Of a stretch of 64,000 nt of DNA, positions 26,436-36,649 are shown piece by piece. Below the pieces are notes generated by a model. The model saw only the letters and a list, made by a program, of their open reading frames with translations, did not search any database and was not told where the DNA came from. The stretch comes from Terriglobales bacterium. Its GTDB lineage: Bacteria > Acidobacteriota > Terriglobia > Terriglobales > Acidobacteriaceae. The stretch is taken from positions 128,577 to 192,576 of the forward strand of contig JBJMGD010000011.1 of assembly GCA_045808065.1 (NCBI GenBank), written 5' to 3'. The first letter of the stretch is position 1. Each line of letters begins with the position of its first letter. A program made the translations under genes and the position numbers.

Positions 26436-28442
26436 CTATTGTCCCTGCACGATCGGCAATTCCACAAAGCTGGCCTGTCCCGGAGCGTGGTAGAGACGCT
26501 GCGTAGCCTTGCGATAATCCCCGGGCTTGGCCCAGAAGATGTTCTCTACGAACGTCTGGGGATTGCGGTCATAGAGCGGAAACCAGCTTGACTGCACCTG
26601 CACCATTATGCGGTGACCAGGTAAGAAGACGTGGTTCGCCGTGGGCAGGGCGAATTTGTAAGTGAGAGGCTTGTCGGGCGTGAGCGCCTTGGGAGTCTCC
26701 AAGCTCTCGCGGTAACGTCCGCGAAAGATGTCGGCGGCCACCATCAATTGATATCCGCCCATCGCAGGCTGTTCGGCCACTTCGTCAGGATAAACGTCGA
26801 TCAGCTTTACTACCCAATCCGAGTCGGTGCCGCTGGTGGAAGCGACCAAATTGGCGATCGGCTTTCCGCTGATCTTCAAAGGAGAGGTCAGCACGTCGGT
26901 GACAAACGACACCACATCCGGACGCGCCGAAAGCTCGCGCTGATCGTCGACCAGCCACTGCGCCCACGTTGAACCCTGATAGTAGACCGGAACATTTGGC
27001 CGCGGACGGTACAGGGCCGGCTTTGCTGGATCGGAAACATACTCATCGAAAGCCGTGTCGCCAGACTTGGGCGCGGTAAAACTTAGCTTCAGATCGGTGG
27101 CAAGATAGAGGGACGTCGGCTGGATCTTGCATCCGCTCGCGCATCCAGCTGGCCATGCGGGCAGCCGTCGCCAGATATTAGTTCCTGTTTCGAACGCTGA
27201 GACCGTCGGCACATCGGCCTTGGGAGCGCCGTCTTTAAGATGCTGCGCCAGAAAAGGTCCCAAAATTTCACGGCGGAAGTAGAGTGCGGTGTCGCTATCG
27301 AATTTCAGCGCACCCAGCGAGCTGCCTTCATGGATTTCCTGACCGTGATACCACGGGCCCATTACCAGGAAGACCTTGTCGTTGTTTGTATCTTTGGGCT
27401 TGATCGCCCTGTATAGCGCGGTGGCGCCGTAGATATCCTCCTGGTCCCACAAACCGTCCACCAACATCACAGGCACCTTCAGAGGCTGCGCGGCCAGAAT
27501 TTTGTCCATTGCCTGTTCGCGCCAGAAGCTGTCGTAAGTGGGATGTGCCAGAAGTTTTCGCCAGAACCCAACCTGCTCGAGTCCATGACTGCGACCCAAT
27601 TCGCCCGCTGATCCTGCCTGCATGAACTCGTCATAATCGTCAAAGTGGCTCCTCCACCACTTTGCGTCGTTCTTGCGCGTGGCTTCCTGTTCGTAGACGT
27701 ACGGCATGTTCTGTTCGCGGAATGCGCCGTTGTGAAACCAATCGTCTCCCATCCAGCCATCCACCATCGGATTCATTGGCACGGAAACCTTCAACGCAGG
27801 ATGCGGGTTGACTAGCGCCATCAATGGGAGGAAGCCATCGTAGGAGATGCCGAGAATGCCCACGTTGCCGTTAGACTCGGGAATGTTCTTCACCAGCCAG
27901 TCGATTGTGTCGTAGGTATCAGTTGACTCATCAACCGGCGTGGGATTGAGGGGTCCGTGCAGCGGGCGAGTCATGACGTAATCGCCTTCAGAATCGTACT
28001 TGCCCCGAATATCCTGGACCGCGCGGATGTAGCCGCCATCAATGATGACATCTACAGCGTTGTCATACCCGTTCAGGATTGGACCAAGATGGGAACTGGC
28101 TGCATGACCTGTGAGATCCGTCGCATTATAGGGCGTGCGCGTGAGTAGAATTGGCGCACGTTTCGCCCCTTTCGGAACCAGGATGACTGTGTGCAGTTTT
28201 ACTCCATCCCGCATCGGGATCATTACGTCACTGCGGGTGTAATCCCAACTATTCATTGAAGGTTCAAGCTTGGAGGGAGTCTCGGTGGGTAACTCTGGAT
28301 ATTGTGCCGACGCGGGCTGAGCCGGGGTTTGGGTGGAGGAGGAGGGTGGGACCAACAAGATCGCCCCCAAACAGGGCACAAGAAAGCTCGCAGGGTGAAT
28401 ACGCTTGAGTATCTTCATGGTTCTGAATGACGTATTGAACAC
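26436..28442 (-). CDS. Secreted CocE/NonD-family (S15, X-Pro dipeptidyl-peptidase-like) serine hydrolase
   Basis: 668 aa with a signal peptide. It has the nucleophile elbow GISYDGF and a jelly-roll C-terminal domain typical of the family. The start may be M9 (28418). Confidence 0.8.
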   Translation of the reverse strand: MFNTSFRTMKILKRIHPASFLVPCLGAILLVPPSSSTQTPAQPASAQYPELPTETPSKLEPSMNSWDYTRSDVMIPMRDGVKLHTVILVPKGAKRAPILLTRTPYNATDLTGHAASSHLGPILNGYDNAVDVIIDGGYIRAVQDIRGKYDSEGDYVMTRPLHGPLNPTPVDESTDTYDTIDWLVKNIPESNGNVGILGISYDGFLPLMALVNPHPALKVSVPMNPMVDGWMGDDWFHNGAFREQNMPYVYEQEATRKNDAKWWRSHFDDYDEFMQAGSAGELGRSHGLEQVGFWRKLLAHPTYDSFWREQAMDKILAAQPLKVPVMLVDGLWDQEDIYGATALYRAIKPKDTNNDKVFLVMGPWYHGQEIHEGSSLGALKFDSDTALYFRREILGPFLAQHLKDGAPKADVPTVSAFETGTNIWRRLPAWPAGCASGCKIQPTSLYLATDLKLSFTAPKSGDTAFDEYVSDPAKPALYRPRPNVPVYYQGSTWAQWLVDDQRELSARPDVVSFVTDVLTSPLKISGKPIANLVASTSGTDSDWVVKLIDVYPDEVAEQPAMGGYQLMVAADIFRGRYRESLETPKALTPDKPLTYKFALPTANHVFLPGHRIMVQVQSSWFPLYDRNPQTFVENIFWAKPGDYRKATQRLYHAPGQASFVELPIVQGQ

Positions 28443-28493
28443 GCGACGGCCACAAACGTCAAACCGGATTTGAGTTCAAGTGCGGGTGAGAAC

Positions 28494-28982
28494 TTAAGTG
28501 CACGCAAGTTCCTGGAACCGTTCAAGCGCCCAACGATGACTTCCATGTGTAAGGGCTTGCATCGCCAGAGGAAGTTTCAACCAGGTCAATTCATGATCGA
28601 CGTCAATGGGAGGGACCCGGGCCAGAACCTTAGATGCCATGAAGATGCTGTCCTTTTCAAAATAAGAGTCGTCCTCCGCTGAATAACAGATCTCGACAGC
28701 GCGTCCGACCACGGCAGACGGTCTGAGAACCAGACCACACTCCTCTTTGGCTTCGCGTTGGATGGTCTGTTCCGGAGTCTCGCCGGATTCCATGCCGCCT
28801 CCCAAGAGATAACAAGCCACTGGTGTGCGCGCGATCGCAAATTCGCCTGCGCCGTTCGTAACGACTGCATAAGCGCTGGGCCGGTACCTATAGACAACGC
28901 CTTCAAGCCGGCTTCCGAATATGGGAATGGCGTTGAAAGGACTTTTCTCTGGCAGGGGTCGCTCCTTCGGGTGGAGATACAA
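28494..28982 (-). CDS. NUDIX hydrolase
   Basis: 162 aa. The Nudix box is GGGMESGETPEQTIQREAKEECGL (Gx5Ex7REUxEExGU). Confidence 0.85.
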   Translation of the reverse strand: MYLHPKERPLPEKSPFNAIPIFGSRLEGVVYRYRPSAYAVVTNGAGEFAIARTPVACYLLGGGMESGETPEQTIQREAKEECGLVLRPSAVVGRAVEICYSAEDDSYFEKDSIFMASKVLARVPPIDVDHELTWLKLPLAMQALTHGSHRWALERFQELACT

Positions 28983-29079
28983 ACTAAAACACGAACTTCA
29001 TGGATGCTATCCGTGAAGTCCGTGTTGAATTGAGTAGTGATTTCTTTGTTTAGCTGGTGCCGGTTGCTACGGTCGCTCG

Positions 29080-29778
29080 CTATTTCGGCAGTTCGACTGG
29101 CTTTAGCAGCTTGAAGCTCAAAGCGTATTCCGCAGGGATTGTGATGTCTTTGTTGCCGGTGAAGGCCGTGCCGGCAGTACCCGCGCCTGCTCCGCTAAGA
29201 GCGCCGATTGCTGCTCCTTTACCACCGCCGGCGAGTCCACCGATCAGCGCACCAAGTCCAGCGCCGCCGCCAATGAATGTTGCTGAACGTTTGCCTTTTC
29301 CCTTTTCACTACGCGCCACCGACGACGAATCAATAGGTACGCTCTGGCCATTGATTTCTACCGAAGTTAAACGCACTGCAAGCATTGCGCCCCCCTTGAA
29401 GCGTCCAAGCGGATGCGCGGCAGCCACCGTCCCAGTAGCTTTGGCGCCGTCTGGAATCGCCATGGCACCGCCGACATTGACTGGCTGAGCCACGGTCGCG
29501 GTGAACGTCTCGCCAGCCTGGCTGGTTTTGGAACTCATGGCCTGAGCAGTGCGAACTGTAATTACCGTTCCTGCGGGAATCGTCACGGGACCCGACTGAG
29601 TCGCAGCGCGTGTTTTCAGAGTGGGAGATGGCGCGGCGCTGCTTGCCGCTCCGGGTGTTTCACTGGAGGCCGCGGGCTGACCGGCAGGGGCAGGTTCATT
29701 GTTGCTGGCATTCTTATTGCCGCAACCACTGCTGAGAATCATCAGAGCCGCCATTGTGGGCAGCAGGATCTTTTTCAT
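29080..29778 (-). CDS. Lipoprotein with a C-terminal glycine-zipper segment, function unknown
   Basis: The start was set at ATG 29778 (MKKILLPTMAALMILSSGCG, a lipobox). The C-terminus has GGGAGLGALIGGLAGGGKGAAIGALSGAGAGTAGTA. Confidence 0.6.
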   Translation of the reverse strand: MKKILLPTMAALMILSSGCGNKNASNNEPAPAGQPAASSETPGAASSAAPSPTLKTRAATQSGPVTIPAGTVITVRTAQAMSSKTSQAGETFTATVAQPVNVGGAMAIPDGAKATGTVAAAHPLGRFKGGAMLAVRLTSVEINGQSVPIDSSSVARSEKGKGKRSATFIGGGAGLGALIGGLAGGGKGAAIGALSGAGAGTAGTAFTGNKDITIPAEYALSFKLLKPVELPK

Positions 29779-29910
29779 ATTGAGAATCAAGGGAGGTTCC
29801 TCCTCGTTTTGAACGAGAGACTCACGCACTAAGACGCGGTGCGCTGCGACAGCGGATGCCAACAAATATCACACTCGCGGCAAAGGGTTGCTGTTTAGCA
29901 TCTAAAATAA

Positions 29911-30660
29911 TCAGCCCGCAACTTCCTCGAGTTGCTTGGTATCGACGTCGAAGTTCGAATAGACGTGCTGGACGTCATCATGATCCTCAAGAGCTTCCAA
30001 GAGACGGATCATGGTGTTCGCCGCGTGCCCTTCCAGCTTGATGTAGTTCTGCGGAATCATGGAGACTTCGGCGATGGAGGTCTCGATACCAGCCCCCTTT
30101 ACCGCATTGAGTACGGATTCGAAGGAGCCCGGATCGGTGACGATCTCCCAATCATTCCCATCATCGCGCAGATCATCGCCACCGTTTTCAAGAACAAGGT
30201 TCATCAGATCGTCTTCTTTGGCTGCGGATTTCGGCACCACGATGTAACCCTTCTTGTGGAACATCCAGGATACCGATCCCGATTCACCGAGATTGCCGCC
30301 GTTTTTTCCGAAAGTATGCCGGATCTCGCTTACCGTGCGATTGCGATTATCAGTAGTGACATCGACCAGCAATGCGACGCCGCCCGGACCGTACCCTTCG
30401 AACATAATCTCTTCGTAGGTCGCGCCGGGAAGTTCGCCCGTGCCGCGCTGCACTGCGCGCTTGATGTTGTCGGCGGGCATGTTCTCGGCTTTAGCTGCCG
30501 CAATGGCCGTACGCAGACGCGGGTTTCCTTCAGGATCTCCCCCGCCCGACTTGGCCGCCATCGCGATTTCCTTGATCAGCCGAGTGAAAATCTTGCCCCG
30601 TTTGGCGTCCAGAGCGCCCTTCTTGTGCTTGATTGTGGCCCATTTTGAGTGGCCCGACAT
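29911..30660 (-). CDS. yebC: YebC/PmpR-family DNA-binding regulator / translation factor
   Basis: 249 aa. It has MSGHSKWATIKHKKGALDAKRGKIFTRLIKEI and NPRLRTAIAAAKAENMP, a highly conserved family signature. Confidence 0.95.
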   Translation of the reverse strand: MSGHSKWATIKHKKGALDAKRGKIFTRLIKEIAMAAKSGGGDPEGNPRLRTAIAAAKAENMPADNIKRAVQRGTGELPGATYEEIMFEGYGPGGVALLVDVTTDNRNRTVSEIRHTFGKNGGNLGESGSVSWMFHKKGYIVVPKSAAKEDDLMNLVLENGGDDLRDDGNDWEIVTDPGSFESVLNAVKGAGIETSIAEVSMIPQNYIKLEGHAANTMIRLLEALEDHDDVQHVYSNFDVDTKQLEEVAG

Positions 30661-30812
30661 GTAACGACCTCAGAGACGAGATTTTTTGCGCGGACGGGCG
30701 GAGATATCCCGCATCCCAATGAGAACAAAAGCGAAGTATACCACGCGGATGAGCGTCATCTCTCTTGCACGACCGACACGATGCCCCGCTGGCTCTGCTT
30801 CTTGTCTGCAAT

Positions 30813-31244
30813 TCAAGCGCGTGAGGTAACCCCTGTAGGCGAGCCGAGCACCGCGGTGCAGAAGGCACATCTACGAGCGGCAACGGGAATCTCGCTGAGG
30901 CACTCCGGACACTTTTTACTAGTCGGATCGGCTGGAGCTTCGCCCCTGCGCCGGCGCTCCACGTAAGCATTCACGGGAGCCACCACGAAGAAGTAAACTG
31001 CTATTGCAATCATCAAGAACGAAATCAGAGCGTTGAGAAACGATCCATACATGATCTTGCTGTTGTGAATGGTGACGCTCAGGTCGGAAAAGTCGGGCTT
31101 GCCCGCCACTGCGGCAATCAGGGGAGTAAAGATGTTCGTTACGAGCGATGTGATTACTGCGCCGAAGGCAGCGCCAATCACGACGGCCACGGAGAGGTCC
31201 ACGACGTTTCCGCGAAAGAGAAATTTCTTAAAATCCCGAAGCAT
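30813..31244 (-). CDS. mscL: Large-conductance mechanosensitive channel MscL with a C-terminal CxxC...CxxC tail
   Basis: 143 aa. The N-terminus is MLRDFKKFLFRGNVVDLSVAVVIGAAFGAVITSLV. The tail is KKCPECLSEIPVAARRCAFCTAVL. Confidence 0.9.
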   Translation of the reverse strand: MLRDFKKFLFRGNVVDLSVAVVIGAAFGAVITSLVTNIFTPLIAAVAGKPDFSDLSVTIHNSKIMYGSFLNALISFLMIAIAVYFFVVAPVNAYVERRRRGEAPADPTSKKCPECLSEIPVAARRCAFCTAVLGSPTGVTSRA

Positions 31245-31336
31245 GAAGATCGCTCCCGTCTAAAACGGCGGAAGCATAGCATAAGAAAGCCGCCCGGATT
31301 GCAGGCGGCGTACTGAAGGTTTGTTGATGTAGCGGG

Positions 31337-31717
31337 TTATGCGCTGGTCTTGCCACTTGCGGAAATCAGCAGCTCGCGAAGGCGTGCAGCCTGAGTCTGT
31401 TCTGCGGCCGTGTCAGTGAGGAACTCGGTGCCGTAGGAGTATCCGCGACGGTTTCTTACTTCGGCCTTAACCCGCATCGGCTGTCCCGAATATGCCGGCG
31501 TAAATTCGACCTCGACTACATCACCAATGCGCAGTTCGACTCCGGCGAAAACGGCCATGCCGCCTTCGCTCATATCGCGGCCGCGGGCGTCGACGATTTT
31601 GGCTGTATGCAATGAGTTCCAAAAAATTAGGCGCACAGGTACATCGATAGTGTTGCGCTCCCAGCGGCGCTTGCGCGCAAAGCCGACGGAGGGTTGAGGT
31701 GAGAGAGCAGTCGCCAT
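31337..31717 (-). CDS. Single-domain PilZ (c-di-GMP-binding) protein
   Basis: It has the RKRRWERN (RxxxR) and DMSEGGMAV (D/NxSxxG) motifs. The start was set at ATG 31717 (MATALSP), but the ORF could begin at 31816. Confidence 0.65.
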   Translation of the reverse strand: MATALSPQPSVGFARKRRWERNTIDVPVRLIFWNSLHTAKIVDARGRDMSEGGMAVFAGVELRIGDVVEVEFTPAYSGQPMRVKAEVRNRRGYSYGTEFLTDTAAEQTQAARLRELLISASGKTSA

Positions 31718-31980
31718 GGGCTGATGATATCCATGCTGTGCTTTTCCTCGAAGATTACTAAAGGCACATTGACCGATTGGCAAGCACAAGCGTTGCGGCT
31801 CAGAAACGTATGCCACTCAAAACATGGGCTCTTTTGCTCAGTCATTTGCCACAGAGCTGATGCCGCGCCTGGCATCGAAAGGCGCTTTCGCTGGCTTCCT
31901 TGGCCGAAAAAAGCTACGTGAACGTTAGTTTCCTCAAACGGCAAGAGCAACTATGGTTCGCCGCACAGCAACTTAGCTAT

Positions 31981-34269
31981 ATGTCCGCCTTCCCTGCCCG
32001 CTTCTGGTGCTCAGTTCGGTTCGTGGGTACCTGTCTGCTGTTCCCGTTCTTGCTTACGGCGTGCTCGACCCGCCGAGCCGAGATTCAATACGCCCGCCAA
32101 CTCGAGCAGCAAGAACAGTGGGACGATGCGCTGGCTGCTTACAACCGCGTGTTGCCGCAAATCCAAGCCAGTAGAACCGCCGAACTAGCCGAAATTTACA
32201 GCCATGTCGGTCGCTGCTTGATCGAATTGGGCAAAGGATCAGACGCGCTTGCCTCCGTGGATCATGCGCTCTTCCTTAATCCCGACAGCAGCGAGGCACA
32301 TTTGCGTATGGCACAGCTGTTTATTGCAGCGAATGCGCCGGAAAAAGCACAACCTCACATCGATTACGCTGCGGCAGTCCGTCCGGACGATCCTGAAATG
32401 CTCGATATTCGCAGCGACCTATTTGCGGCGGAAGATCGGGCGGATCTTGCCGAGCGCGATCTGCTGCGAGCCTCTCAGCTCAGCAAGAATGCTGATCGAG
32501 CCGTCGAGCGTCTGGCCCAGTTCTACATCAATGCAGACAAGCCCAACAAAGCTCGTGCCGTGCTGACCAGCGGCGTCGAACGAAGCGAGCATAAGTCTCG
32601 TCTGTTGCTGATGCTGGCCCGGCTGGAGGAAACCGAAGGCAACGCGGCGGCCGCAGAGAACAGTTATCGCCGGGCCATAGCCGTTGAAGATTCTGTCGAG
32701 AATAACCGACGGTTGGCTCAATTCTTTGCGCGCAATGGAGAGATCGACAAGGCCGCAGAACTGCTACAAAGGGTCGACGCGACGAGTCCCGCTTCAACCG
32801 CCACGGCGGACCTGGAGATGCAGTCGGGACGGTCCGAAGCCGCGATTAGGGATTACGAGTCTGCGCATAAACGCGCTATTGAGAACGATTCATTGAACAA
32901 GAGCGATCCATCCCAGTCGCAAAAAGCGTTATCGGATATTGCCGTGCACCTGATCGAAGCCGATCTGGAGGCTCCGCCTTCTGCTACGAGACAGGACGTG
33001 ACTGCAGCGCGAAAGCACCTCGAGCAAACTAGCCGAGTCCTAGAAGCTGGCACACGCCATCTTCTTCAAGCTGAGATCGATTTTGTGTCTGGGAATTTGC
33101 CTTCGTCACAAAGAGAAGCAGAGACAGCACTGAAGTCCGATCGCGATCCAGCACCAGCTCAATACATGTTGGGCATCATCGCTGAGCGCAGCGGAAATCG
33201 TGTCGAAGCGCTCAAGTACTGGCAGGCTGCTCTTGAGACGGATACGCAGCATGCGCCGGCAAGGCTGGCCTTGGCGGCAGACGCTATCCAGCAGCACGAT
33301 GGACCGAGGGCAGAGGAATACGTGATAGACGTGGTTCGCGACGAACCAGCGAACGTGAACGGTCTCTTGCTGTATTCCAAGGCATTGCTCCTTCAGCATC
33401 GGTACGATTCAGCCCGCGCTCTGTGCCAGCGTGCAACCTCTGTCGATCCCACCGATGCGCGGGTTCCGATTGTGCTGGGCGACATCGCTCTCGATCAGCA
33501 TCAGTTGGCCGTGGCGCTGTTGGAGTATGAAAAAGCGATGCTGCTCGCGCCACACTCGAAAGATGCTATCGAAGGTCTTACCGGCGTCTATGAAAAGGGA
33601 GGCACCAGTAAAGCCATGCTGCGAAAGATTGAGAGGTTGGCGCAGAGTGGCACACCCTCTTCGCGTCTGATGGAAGTCGCAGGCCGGCTCTACGCATCGC
33701 AGCACATGTATTCCGATGCAAAGCGCTGTCTCGAACGCGCTATCAAGATGGACCCGGACCGTGATTCGGCGACGATCGCATTGGCAGCCGCATATGTAGA
33801 TGCTCGTAGCAACACCACCGCCAGCGAGCTGCTCAACGATGCTCACTTGAGCCGTCTGGGATTGTTCGACGAGAGCTCTTCAGCTTTGATTGCTGCACTC
33901 CGAGCAGAACACGATCGCAATTTGAATGAAGCGATACGACAATACGAGTCGGCCGTGCGCGCCGGAGATCCCAGCGGAATCGCCAGCAACAATCTCGCAT
34001 GGCTCTACGCTACACGGGGCAAGAACCTGGATCGTGCGCTGCAACTCGCTCAGCAGGCGCTGCAGGCAAATCCGGGAAGTCCGCAGATTCTTGACACGCT
34101 CGGAATCATTGAGGTGCAAGACCGCCAGTACTCACAGGCGATTGCCACGTTCCGTAGCGGCATCCGTCGTGCTTCCGAGCTGCACGGCATGGCAGAGCTG
34201 CAGCACACCATTGAAGCTCATCTTTTGCAAACACAACACTTATCTGGTCAACCTGTCAGCCATCCATAA
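31981..34269 (+). CDS. Large TPR-repeat lipoprotein
   Basis: The start was set at ATG 31981 (MSAFPARFWCSVRFVGTCLLFPFLLTACS, a lipobox). About 760 aa show TPR-like A/L/Y periodicity (e.g. NNLAWLYATRGKNLDRALQLAQQALQANP). Confidence 0.8.
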   Translation: MSAFPARFWCSVRFVGTCLLFPFLLTACSTRRAEIQYARQLEQQEQWDDALAAYNRVLPQIQASRTAELAEIYSHVGRCLIELGKGSDALASVDHALFLNPDSSEAHLRMAQLFIAANAPEKAQPHIDYAAAVRPDDPEMLDIRSDLFAAEDRADLAERDLLRASQLSKNADRAVERLAQFYINADKPNKARAVLTSGVERSEHKSRLLLMLARLEETEGNAAAAENSYRRAIAVEDSVENNRRLAQFFARNGEIDKAAELLQRVDATSPASTATADLEMQSGRSEAAIRDYESAHKRAIENDSLNKSDPSQSQKALSDIAVHLIEADLEAPPSATRQDVTAARKHLEQTSRVLEAGTRHLLQAEIDFVSGNLPSSQREAETALKSDRDPAPAQYMLGIIAERSGNRVEALKYWQAALETDTQHAPARLALAADAIQQHDGPRAEEYVIDVVRDEPANVNGLLLYSKALLLQHRYDSARALCQRATSVDPTDARVPIVLGDIALDQHQLAVALLEYEKAMLLAPHSKDAIEGLTGVYEKGGTSKAMLRKIERLAQSGTPSSRLMEVAGRLYASQHMYSDAKRCLERAIKMDPDRDSATIALAAAYVDARSNTTASELLNDAHLSRLGLFDESSSALIAALRAEHDRNLNEAIRQYESAVRAGDPSGIASNNLAWLYATRGKNLDRALQLAQQALQANPGSPQILDTLGIIEVQDRQYSQAIATFRSGIRRASELHGMAELQHTIEAHLLQTQHLSGQPVSHP

Positions 34270-34393
34270 CCTCCAAAATTAGTGGATGCATCGCCTGCGG
34301 CTCTCCAGCAGCTAATTCCCTTTTGAGACCTTCGCGTCAACTCCGGTTCTTGAGGCTCAGGCGTACCCAGCATCCGCCAGGAGGAAACCAGAA

Positions 34394-34963
34394 ATGGCAG
34401 ACGATCTGAACGGTTTACGTGTGGCGGTGTTGCTTACCGACGGAGTTGAAGAACCCGAATTTGTGAAGCCGAAAGAAGCTCTAGAGAAAGCGGGAGCAAA
34501 GGTGAGCGTGATTTCTCCCAAAGGCGGAGATATCCAATCTTTTCAGCATCACGACAAATCGAACAAGTACAAGGCGGACCGCACACTCGACCAGGTTCAC
34601 GCGGATGAATTCGACGCGCTTTTGCTCCCAGGCGGAGCGTTGAATGCGGATGCGTTGCGAGTCGAAACTAAGGCACAACAATTCGCAAAAGCTATCGATC
34701 AGGCGGGCAAGCCCATCGCCGTGATTTGTCACGCACCCTGGCTGCTGGTTTCGAGCGGCCTGCTCCGCGGACGTAAGATCACGAGCTTCCACACTATTCA
34801 GGACGATCTCCGCAACGCAGGCGCCGATTGGCAGGACTCAGAGGTCGTGGTCGACCGGAATTGGGTCAGCAGCCGCAAACCTGACGACATTCCAGCATTT
34901 AATCGAGAGATGCTTAAGCTCTTCGCGCAGGCAAGCGGAGCACAAAGTCGGAAGATCGCCTGA
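34394..34963 (+). CDS. DJ-1/PfpI family protein (PfpI-type glutamine-amidotransferase-like peptidase/deglycase)
   Basis: 189 aa. It has LLPGG and the nucleophile elbow AVICHAPWLL, with a C-terminal VVDRNWVSSRKPDDIPAF. Confidence 0.9.
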   Translation: MADDLNGLRVAVLLTDGVEEPEFVKPKEALEKAGAKVSVISPKGGDIQSFQHHDKSNKYKADRTLDQVHADEFDALLLPGGALNADALRVETKAQQFAKAIDQAGKPIAVICHAPWLLVSSGLLRGRKITSFHTIQDDLRNAGADWQDSEVVVDRNWVSSRKPDDIPAFNREMLKLFAQASGAQSRKIA

Positions 34964-35031
34964 TCTCAATTTACGACGAGCATGTGCGATGAGCGATTTA
35001 CATCCTTCCTACTTCCGAATAAGGAGTTCTT

Positions 35032-36261
35032 ATGAAAGCAGTAGTTTTTCACGGCATCGGCGATATTCGCCTTGATAATGTGGCGGAACCAAAGATTCAG
35101 AAACCAAATGACGCAATAGTCAGACTGACGGCAAGTGCCATCTGCGGCACCGACCTGCACATGATCCGCGGAACGATGGCAGGAATGAAATCGGGAACGA
35201 TTCTCGGCCATGAAGGAGTGGGCATTGTAGAAGAAGTTGGGAACGCAGTACGCAATTTACAGCCCGGCGATCGCGTCGTGATTCCGTCGACCATCGCGTG
35301 CGGCAATTGCTCGTACTGCCGATCCGGCTACTACGCGCAATGCGACAAAGCTAATCCTAATGGGCCCGATGCAGGCACCGCATTCTTCGGCGGCCCGGCC
35401 AACAGTGGACCATTCCACGGCCTGCAGGCTGAGTACGCGCGCATTCCTTTCGCCAACATCGGATTGGTGAAGCTTCCAGATGGTGTTTCGGACAGTCAGA
35501 TGCTTCTGCTTTCAGACATTGCTCCCACAGCGTGGATGGCGGCCGAACTGGCGGAGATTAGGCCGGGGAACACCGTCGCGGTGTTCGGTTGTGGGCCCGT
35601 CGGTCAATTCGTGATCGCCAGCGCAAAGCTCATGAATGCTGGACGCATTTTCGCCATCGACACGATCAAGTCTCGGCTGCAGATGGCGCAGGAACAAGGC
35701 GCGGAGATAATCGACTTCAACGCTGAAGATCCGGTCGAGGCGTTGAAGGGCTTCACGGGCGGCATTGGCGTGGATCGCGTCATCGACGCGGTTGGCGTGG
35801 ACGCAAATCATCCGCATCATGGCGCAGGCGCAAAAAAAGCATGGCTCAAAACGCCCAAGAACCGCATGGAACAGAAGATGGTCGCACCAAAGACCAACAC
35901 TGCTAATGGAAACTGGCATCCAGGCGACGCTCCCTCACAGGTGCTCACGTGGGCCACGGAGGCAATCGCCAAAGCGGGAACACTGTCAATTATCGGAGTC
36001 TATCCCGAAACGGCGCAGAGCTTCCCGATTGGCGCTGCGATGAACAAGAACCTGACTCTCAAAATGGGAAACTGTAACCATCGCAAGTACATTCCCATGC
36101 TGATCGAGAAGGTGCAGAGCGGAGTTCTTGATCCCGAGAAGGTGCTCACGCAAGTGGAACCGATGACGAGTGTGCTTGATGCATACAAAGCTTTTGACAC
36201 TCGCCAGCCCGGTTGGGTGAAGGTCAAGCTGGAACCATCGGCGCCAAGAATAGCCGCTTGA
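35032..36261 (+). CDS. Zinc-dependent medium-chain alcohol/formaldehyde dehydrogenase
   Basis: 409 aa. It has AICGTDLH, GHEGVGIVEEVG, the structural-Zn motif CGNCSYCRSGYYAQC and the Rossmann motif VFGCGPVG. It resembles glutathione-independent formaldehyde dehydrogenases. Confidence 0.9.
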   Translation: MKAVVFHGIGDIRLDNVAEPKIQKPNDAIVRLTASAICGTDLHMIRGTMAGMKSGTILGHEGVGIVEEVGNAVRNLQPGDRVVIPSTIACGNCSYCRSGYYAQCDKANPNGPDAGTAFFGGPANSGPFHGLQAEYARIPFANIGLVKLPDGVSDSQMLLLSDIAPTAWMAAELAEIRPGNTVAVFGCGPVGQFVIASAKLMNAGRIFAIDTIKSRLQMAQEQGAEIIDFNAEDPVEALKGFTGGIGVDRVIDAVGVDANHPHHGAGAKKAWLKTPKNRMEQKMVAPKTNTANGNWHPGDAPSQVLTWATEAIAKAGTLSIIGVYPETAQSFPIGAAMNKNLTLKMGNCNHRKYIPMLIEKVQSGVLDPEKVLTQVEPMTSVLDAYKAFDTRQPGWVKVKLEPSAPRIAA

Positions 36262-36370
36262 AAGCGGTCAGCTGTCAGGAGCCAGTCTTTCAATGATTAG
36301 GATCGGGACATCGGCTTCCATTGTGGGGTGCCAAAGCCACACAAAGGTGAAGGCGCCGAAATATTTTTTT

Positions 36371-36502
36371 GATCCCGACTTCTAAAGGACTTAGCTCACG
36401 AGATCCCGACTTGATCCCGAACTTGTCCGTTGTTCGCTCGGGATCGCTTCGGGACCCGGTCGGGATCGAATCCCAACCTAGGTTCGGGATCACGTCGGGA
36501 TC
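36371..36502. repeat. Phased 8/9-mer array GATCCCGA / TCGGGATC
   Basis: GATCCCGA(C/A) occurs at 36371, 36402 and 36413 on the top strand. Its reverse complement YTCGGGAYC occurs at 36437, 36448, 36459, 36483 and 36494, mostly in 11-bp steps. Related copies lie at 36301 and 36592. Confidence 0.85.
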
Positions 36503-36649
36503 TTCGAAGTTGAGCGCCGAACGGGGCGTGGTGGCGAGAGAACCCATGTCGAGAGTGCAGGACGCGCCGGAAAGGTCGGCGCTCCAAGTCCGATCCCACA
36601 TTGCGAGATTTGGGCGAGCCGTAGTTCATTTCTTGCACAACACCCATGG

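Noticed and set aside
36371-36502. The GATC-rich 8-mer cluster, considered as a replication origin (oriC-like Dam/SeqA site cluster).
   Set aside because: I saw no DnaA-box-like 9-mers, no AT-rich unwinding element next to it, and no dnaA, dnaN or gidA context. The GATC is simply part of a longer repeated 8-9-mer.
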